From Eutreptiella sp. 'Long Island Sound 2002' (taxonomy: Eukaryota; Protista; Euglenida): a stretch of 64,000 nt of DNA. The stretch lies in the NCBI GenBank assembly GCA_964036045.1, contig OZ038378.1, forward strand, positions 55,986,001-56,050,000. The letters are read 5' to 3'. Under the pieces are notes generated by a model. The model searched no databases and was not told where the DNA came from. It saw nothing but the letters and a program-made list of their open reading frames with translations. Position numbers and translations under genes: made by a program. Positions 58,729 through 64,000 of the stretch are shown piece after piece (position 1 is the stretch's first letter; each line of letters opens with the position of its first letter).

Positions 58729-61700
58729 AAAAAAGTGGTGGGCGCCTCTGAACACCGAGCTGGGCGGTAGGTCCACTGTGTGACTGCGGCTCAACGTCGC
58801 CCGGGCAATGCCACACCACGAGAAAACACAACACAAGCCGCGGTCCGAGGTACAACAAAAGCTTACCGACTCAGCGCCCCACTCGGGGGCAGCGACACGG
58901 CGCGTCCACAAATGAGTGTACCGGCATGTGTCTCTTGAGCGAATTGTTGACCCTAGTGTGCACAACCAAGTATGCTCGCCTAGGCCCCACACTACCATAC
59001 CAGCAACGGTCGTCGGAACCCACAAAATGTGCATGCCCCATCCCAGTGACCAACCAACTGCGGGGGCGGCAACACAAAGCACCACGCCTCTTGTGTGTTG
59101 GGCATCCGGCGAAGTACTTCCGCCACAGCGGCATCCACTGAATCCAACTGCATCTCGCCAAAACGGGGACACAAAACCACACCTTGATACGTCATACCAA
59201 CCAGATGGCCTTCGTGTGCAGCCAGTCTCCCGCCCAACCACCCCAAAAAGAAGATCAAACAGTTAGTCGGGCGCAGCCACCAAACATCCGGTGTCCAGCT
59301 GCGTCCCTATCTATGCGGGGGGGCCGCTAAGTCCCACAGCGGGGCAACATATTCACTGACCACCCTAACATCCCTCGACTACGCCCAATGCGGCCGTTGT
59401 GTGTGCCACGTTGCCAAGTTGTCCCTGCCGTACAACCCCATAAGGGCTTCCCTCAAAGTAGACAGATTGATCCCCAAGCCCTAGGGTGTGCGGGCTCTAC
59501 ACGCCAAAGGTCGCAGTCCTGTGGAGACATGTATCCCAAATGCCCCAAGGAGCAGGTGGGCTAAACCTATCACTGCGGGACGCACTGTAAGCAGGATGTA
59601 CAAGCCGCAGGCCACCACCATCACGCGATACTCCTCTACAGTCTGACGAGGCTCGCTGTGATCCCACGCAACCAAAGGCACACAATGCTCACAGGGTCGA
59701 TGCGCGCACGGAACTCCTCACTGCGCTGCCTCCACACGGTCCAGCTACCGCCACGCTGCGGCGCTGGCGGGGGCAGAGGGTAAAACGAGGGCAAAGCAAC
59801 TGCGCGGGGCATGATCGAAAAGATGTGAAGTGTGTATATGACGCGCAAGATAGCACAGGGCCGGCGGCAGATCCACCGTTGTGGTTGTTGAGTTCCCCAA
59901 TCCACCTGGGCCCACACAGTGCACAAAACCGTCTCTTCTCGCGGTTAACCAACCACCAGCCCCACAACAGACGTCGCCAAATGTGCGTTACGCCGAAAGC
60001 AGGCCCCAAATCGCCGACGCGCGCAGGTCCGCAGTTGTCAAATCACACAAGCAAGTTGTGTCAAGACGGCTCGTTGGATTATCCGGTTGTAACTCGCTGG
60101 GCACCCACACCACGTGGACTGTTAGGTCACGCTGGTGCGGTAGCAAAGAGAGCCGGCGTAACAACGACTGCTGGCACCGAAACTAGGCGCTGGCACGCAG
60201 TTGTACAAACTGATGGGCTGCCACCATAGAGTCAAAATCAAAACCCGCCAACCCAACTGAGCCACTAGACCTACCAACCACAGCAACACATAGAATTCTG
60301 CACTATGCTGTGTGTGGCCCCTACATCACTGATGAACGCACTCCTCGTAGCCCTGGGATGTACGCTCCGCCCCTATACCAAATACCGTCCATGGCCGCAT
60401 CACCGCACAGAACAAAAGCACGGTGCGCATGCAAACAGGGACGCGTAGAAAGTTCGCACAACCCAGTACAACGGGGAGGCGCAGGTGGTCTCCGCGGCTC
60501 CATACAACGCACGATTGCCCTTGCCAACCAATGCAGTACCTGTAGGGGTGTGGGCCTTACAAAACCAGCCCACCGATCGCAACAATAGCTCCTTGCCAAC
60601 AACGGACCCCCCTCAAGCCTTGGTCGGAAATGCCAGTTGACAAAGCCAGAGCCTTGGCCAAAAGCTGCGACGACGGTCTGTTCCTCGTAGCCAAGCACAA
60701 CCACACACTAAGCATGTGCAAAAACGCTCGCTTGTGTGACGCAATCGTGCGGGCTCCCAAATCCAAAAACTTACGGAAAATTTTTTTCTCGTGTCGGTTC
60801 CAGGGTACTCTTGGGCGAAACGATAAAGCTAGCCGCCCGCAAAGCGCGGACCAAATCGCCCGTGATCGAACACAACCGCTCACGATCAGGCCGCAGTCTC
60901 AAGAAGTCATCAAGGTAATGGAAAAGGAAATACCCATCCGGGATTAGGGGGGGCACAATGGCATCCAGCGCCCGTTTACAAATGATCGGCGAATATTTCT
61001 AGCCAAAAGGCATCTATTCCACATGAAAAACACGGTCAATGCTGCGCCGGTGGTGCTTGAATGTAAAAGACCTACAGAATCGCCGCGGCAGCAAAAAGCT
61101 CCAAAAGGCATTTTTCGCGTCCACATGTGTACAAAACAGGCGGTGATCCGTGGGGTAAGAACACAAAAGTGGCGCCAACGCCTCCCAGCCGGCCAACGAA
61201 AAGCCCCCAGGCCTGGGCTCGACTACGCGAAAATCCACGAAATTGAAAATCAGAGAGACCTTCTTGCTCGACTTGGGTAAGCCAATTATTCTCGCCCACA
61301 CCGTAGAGCCCACCACAAGGTCGCCAACACCCGGCACAGGCACACGCGGTGGCACAAAAGTGTCGTTCCCAAAGGCGGAGGTCCTCGGATGTCAAAAATC
61401 AACGCAAGATAAAGACATGCAAACAAATCAATAACAAATGTACAGAACACGACAAAGCGCGATGCAACCACGCTAGATGCGAGATCGGCGTTTGCATGAT
61501 GAGGACAAACAACGGAGTGGGTTCCCTGCTGTCCCAAAGCATTGCACCCGTCCGTGAGTGAGGTTGCTAGCTCGGCGGCGATCCCTCCGGGCCACACGGA
61601 GCATCTAGACCCAATGAATCCTAGGCCGGTGGCAAGTCCACCGTTGTGTTTCGTTGGTGCCCAGGAGCCTGTGGACCCGTACCTCCCCGTGCTGCCCTAT

Positions 61701-62060
61701 TGGACGCTGAAGAGGGCGGCAATCCCCGGGGTCGAACATCAAGCTCCCCAATCCATTCAAATCTGGCATGCCGGGAGTCCTCATAAGCAAATGGGCTTCC
61801 GGCGATCACAGCCAGTCGCCCGAAATTTCCGCCCGACCCCGATGCCTCGGCGCTATCTCGCGAGCCCCGTGGAGCCTCACGTCGCGCCGCTTTCGCACGG
61901 CGGGTACCCGCATCAGTACGGGCACCCCTGCCTCCAACAACCCGAACCACATGCTTCCGGCTAGGGGCTGTACGCCCCCCTCTAGCACGAGCCACGCTCA
62001 CCGACACGGTCAACCCATGACCCCCGTGGCAGGGTAGGGGAGCAGGCGGGGCGGGCGGCC
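58729..62060 (-). mobile_element. Decayed second YR-retrotransposon family: YR tail, RT/RNase H and ORF4 (3' part)
   Basis: LPKSSKKVSLI, HVDAKNAFWSF, MPFG*KYSP, FHYLDDFL, SPKS and WVPSELQPDNPTSR, with many stops and frameshifts; ORF4 homolog at about 58990-59260. Confidence 0.85.
59990..61400 (-). pseudogene. RT-RNase H pseudogene of family 2
   Basis: Motif-by-motif similarity to ORF 53285-55279. Confidence 0.88.
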
Positions 62061-62208
62061 GGGCAACATAATTCACAGACCTAGGGGGGTTTGTTCCTTG
62101 TTTGTCCATGTGCTTTCTTTCCACAAACAGTGGATCACTTTTGCCCTGTTTTACAACTTTACCGAAAATTTATTTGTGTGTCTGTCTTTTATCAGAATTT
62201 CCGCCAAG

Positions 62209-62913
62209 ATGAACATGCTCACTTCCCCATTTAAGAAGCCCACACAAGAGCAGTTAGCTTCGGCTTCCAACACCCAACCTTCGGCGGCGGAGCCGAGCCA
62301 CCCCGACGAGACGTCTACCGTTGAGCTAAAGGCGATGTTGCTACAACAATAGTAGGCGATGGGTGCAATGCAGACGCGGCCCGAGGTGCTGTCGGTGGCG
62401 GAGAACACCAGTGTGCCAGACCTGACAGTGGAGGCTCTCGATCAGATTATGACGCAAAACCACGTGGCTTAGAGGATGCGACAGACCGGAGATGCCCTCA
62501 GGGGTTACATCCAGCATGCACACAAGGCAGTAGAGCAACCTTGGGAGGCCCTGGGGACGACAACGGACTGCAAAAGAGGCAATGTGTGGGCCTACCGCGT
62601 TTGGAGTATTTTGCTGGATTCGCGGTTTGCCTACGCCGGCCGCTACCAGTCAGACAATAAGGGGCACTCGGATCCGGGCAATCCGCTGCACACTTTGCGG
62701 TGGCCGGAGGCGGTGAAGTGTGAAGGACCCAAATTTACCTATAAAGGTATTCGCTTCTCCACCCGCCAAGGAGTGCTACACTGGGTAAGCCACAAAGGCC
62801 GTTGGATCCCCGTGACGGCGCCTCCCTCGGGGAACTGCCAATGCTGTGCGAAGCAAGGACTCACAGGGGAGGAGCTGCGCCATTGGCACTTTCAGTGCGC
62901 AAGATGATCCTGA
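62209..62913 (+). pseudogene. gag-like ORF of family 2 (in-frame stops)
   Basis: WAYRVWSILLDSRFAYAGRY..GVLHWVSHKGRWIPVTAPPSGNCQCCAKQG..RHWHFQC aligns with gag 57085-57717. Confidence 0.85.
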
Positions 62914-64000
62914 TTGGACTGCGCAGCGTGCGGCAGACATGGCTGGGGATGGCCCTTCTTATGCCGTGACGCCGCTGGGGGAATCGGTCAGCCCACCGCA
63001 CCCCAAGCCACGATCGTGCCGCAAATGTGCGGGTCATTCGGATTTGTGGCCGTCCAATGGACTATGGCCGTTGCGGCCTCTTCATCATGCAGCGTTGCAT
63101 CGCGGGGAGTGCGAAGCTGGGCGGCGAGAACCAAAATACGGTATCGATCGGCGCTCACGGCCATCGCCCACTTCGGAAAGGGCGTCCTTCAGCCGCCGCT
63201 GGGGGAGGTACTGGGGGATTTTCTGGCCACTAAGGTGGTGACGGGCTTGTCCCGCTCCACCTTCCAGGGGTACGTATCGGCTACAAGAGCCGCCGAAGAT
63301 CTGGAGTTCATCCCACCATGCATACAACAGATCCACTGTCCAGTGGCAAAGTCGGGCCGGACCACACCGGGGCAGCCTTACGTCGGACCTAAGGGACTCG
63401 CCGCGTTGTGGGAAGGTGCCGACAATCCGCAGCTGTAGGGGGTGGCCGCCTTGGCGATGCTATACCGGAAGTTCTTCTTGCGTATCTCGCAAGCAGCTTC
63501 CATCACCCCGAGAGATCTCCAGTTAGACGCCTTCCTTGGTTTCTTCTCTACAAAAGTGGGCGGGCTCTAACAGCTCCCCGTGGAACCGTGGTGTGTTGCA
63601 TGGATCATGCATCTCCGCGCGTTCCCCGAGGCGACGGCGTTGCCCAAAGGCCAACTGGTGTTCCGCGGCAGGGCCGAGTTTCTGTCGGAGTCGTTCTCAC
63701 GCATGTTGGCCGACACCACCCACGCGAAGTGCCGATGGCATGGGCTCAGAAGGCGTGGGGTCGCGGCGGCGTACCACCGTAAGGCCATCGTGGCCTACTT
63801 TGTCTAGTGGAGCAGGTGGCGGAGAGTGGCAACGGTGTTGGAATATGCGCTGGAGTATAGTGATTGTGCTGTGGTGGGTGATCTTCGCCTGCCTCTACTG
63901 GGCGGGTGCACTGGCGGGCCGTGCTCCCTGCCGAGGACATCTGGGGTAGGGCGATGTACCTGTCCACGTGTGCGAATGCTAAGCGCACTTTGAAACCTGC
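62914..64000 (+). pseudogene. Tyrosine recombinase of family 2 (disrupted, runs off the window)
   Basis: WAARTKIRY, LRISQAA, STKV, RWHGLRRRG, SRW and LEYA correspond to the family-1 catalytic motifs. Confidence 0.85.

Overview
Repeat-rich eukaryotic nuclear DNA, inferred to be euglenozoan/euglenid from a trypanosomatid-type cyclase fold and VIPER/TATE-type retroelements; no database was consulted. One minus-strand host gene with canonical GT-AG introns runs through much of the window. Phase-compatible exons at about 32.5, 32.1, 31.5, 31.3, 23.8, 23.1, 22.6 and 2.4 kb encode two tandem class III nucleotidyl-cyclase-like domains that both lack key catalytic residues. Coiled-coil exons at 48.7 and 50.2 kb may belong to the same gene. 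Introns and flanks hold: a decayed, truncated Ty3/gypsy element with a Dam-like methyltransferase-fold domain between protease and RT; a decayed hAT transposase with a C-terminal SAP domain; a J-domain relic; a higher-order tandem array built on a tRNA-Ser(GCU)-derived unit; and many satellites, palindromes and foldback repeats. The highlight is an apparently intact 5.7-kb tyrosine-recombinase retrotransposon (52134-57849, minus strand) with order gag-YR-RT/RNase H-ORF4, bracketed by a 55/56-bp direct repeat. Its gag and YR share one frame, split by a single UGA followed by an 8-nt spacer and a 12-bp stem. A second, decayed and rearranged family (58.7-64 kb) conserves the in-frame UGA and ORF4.
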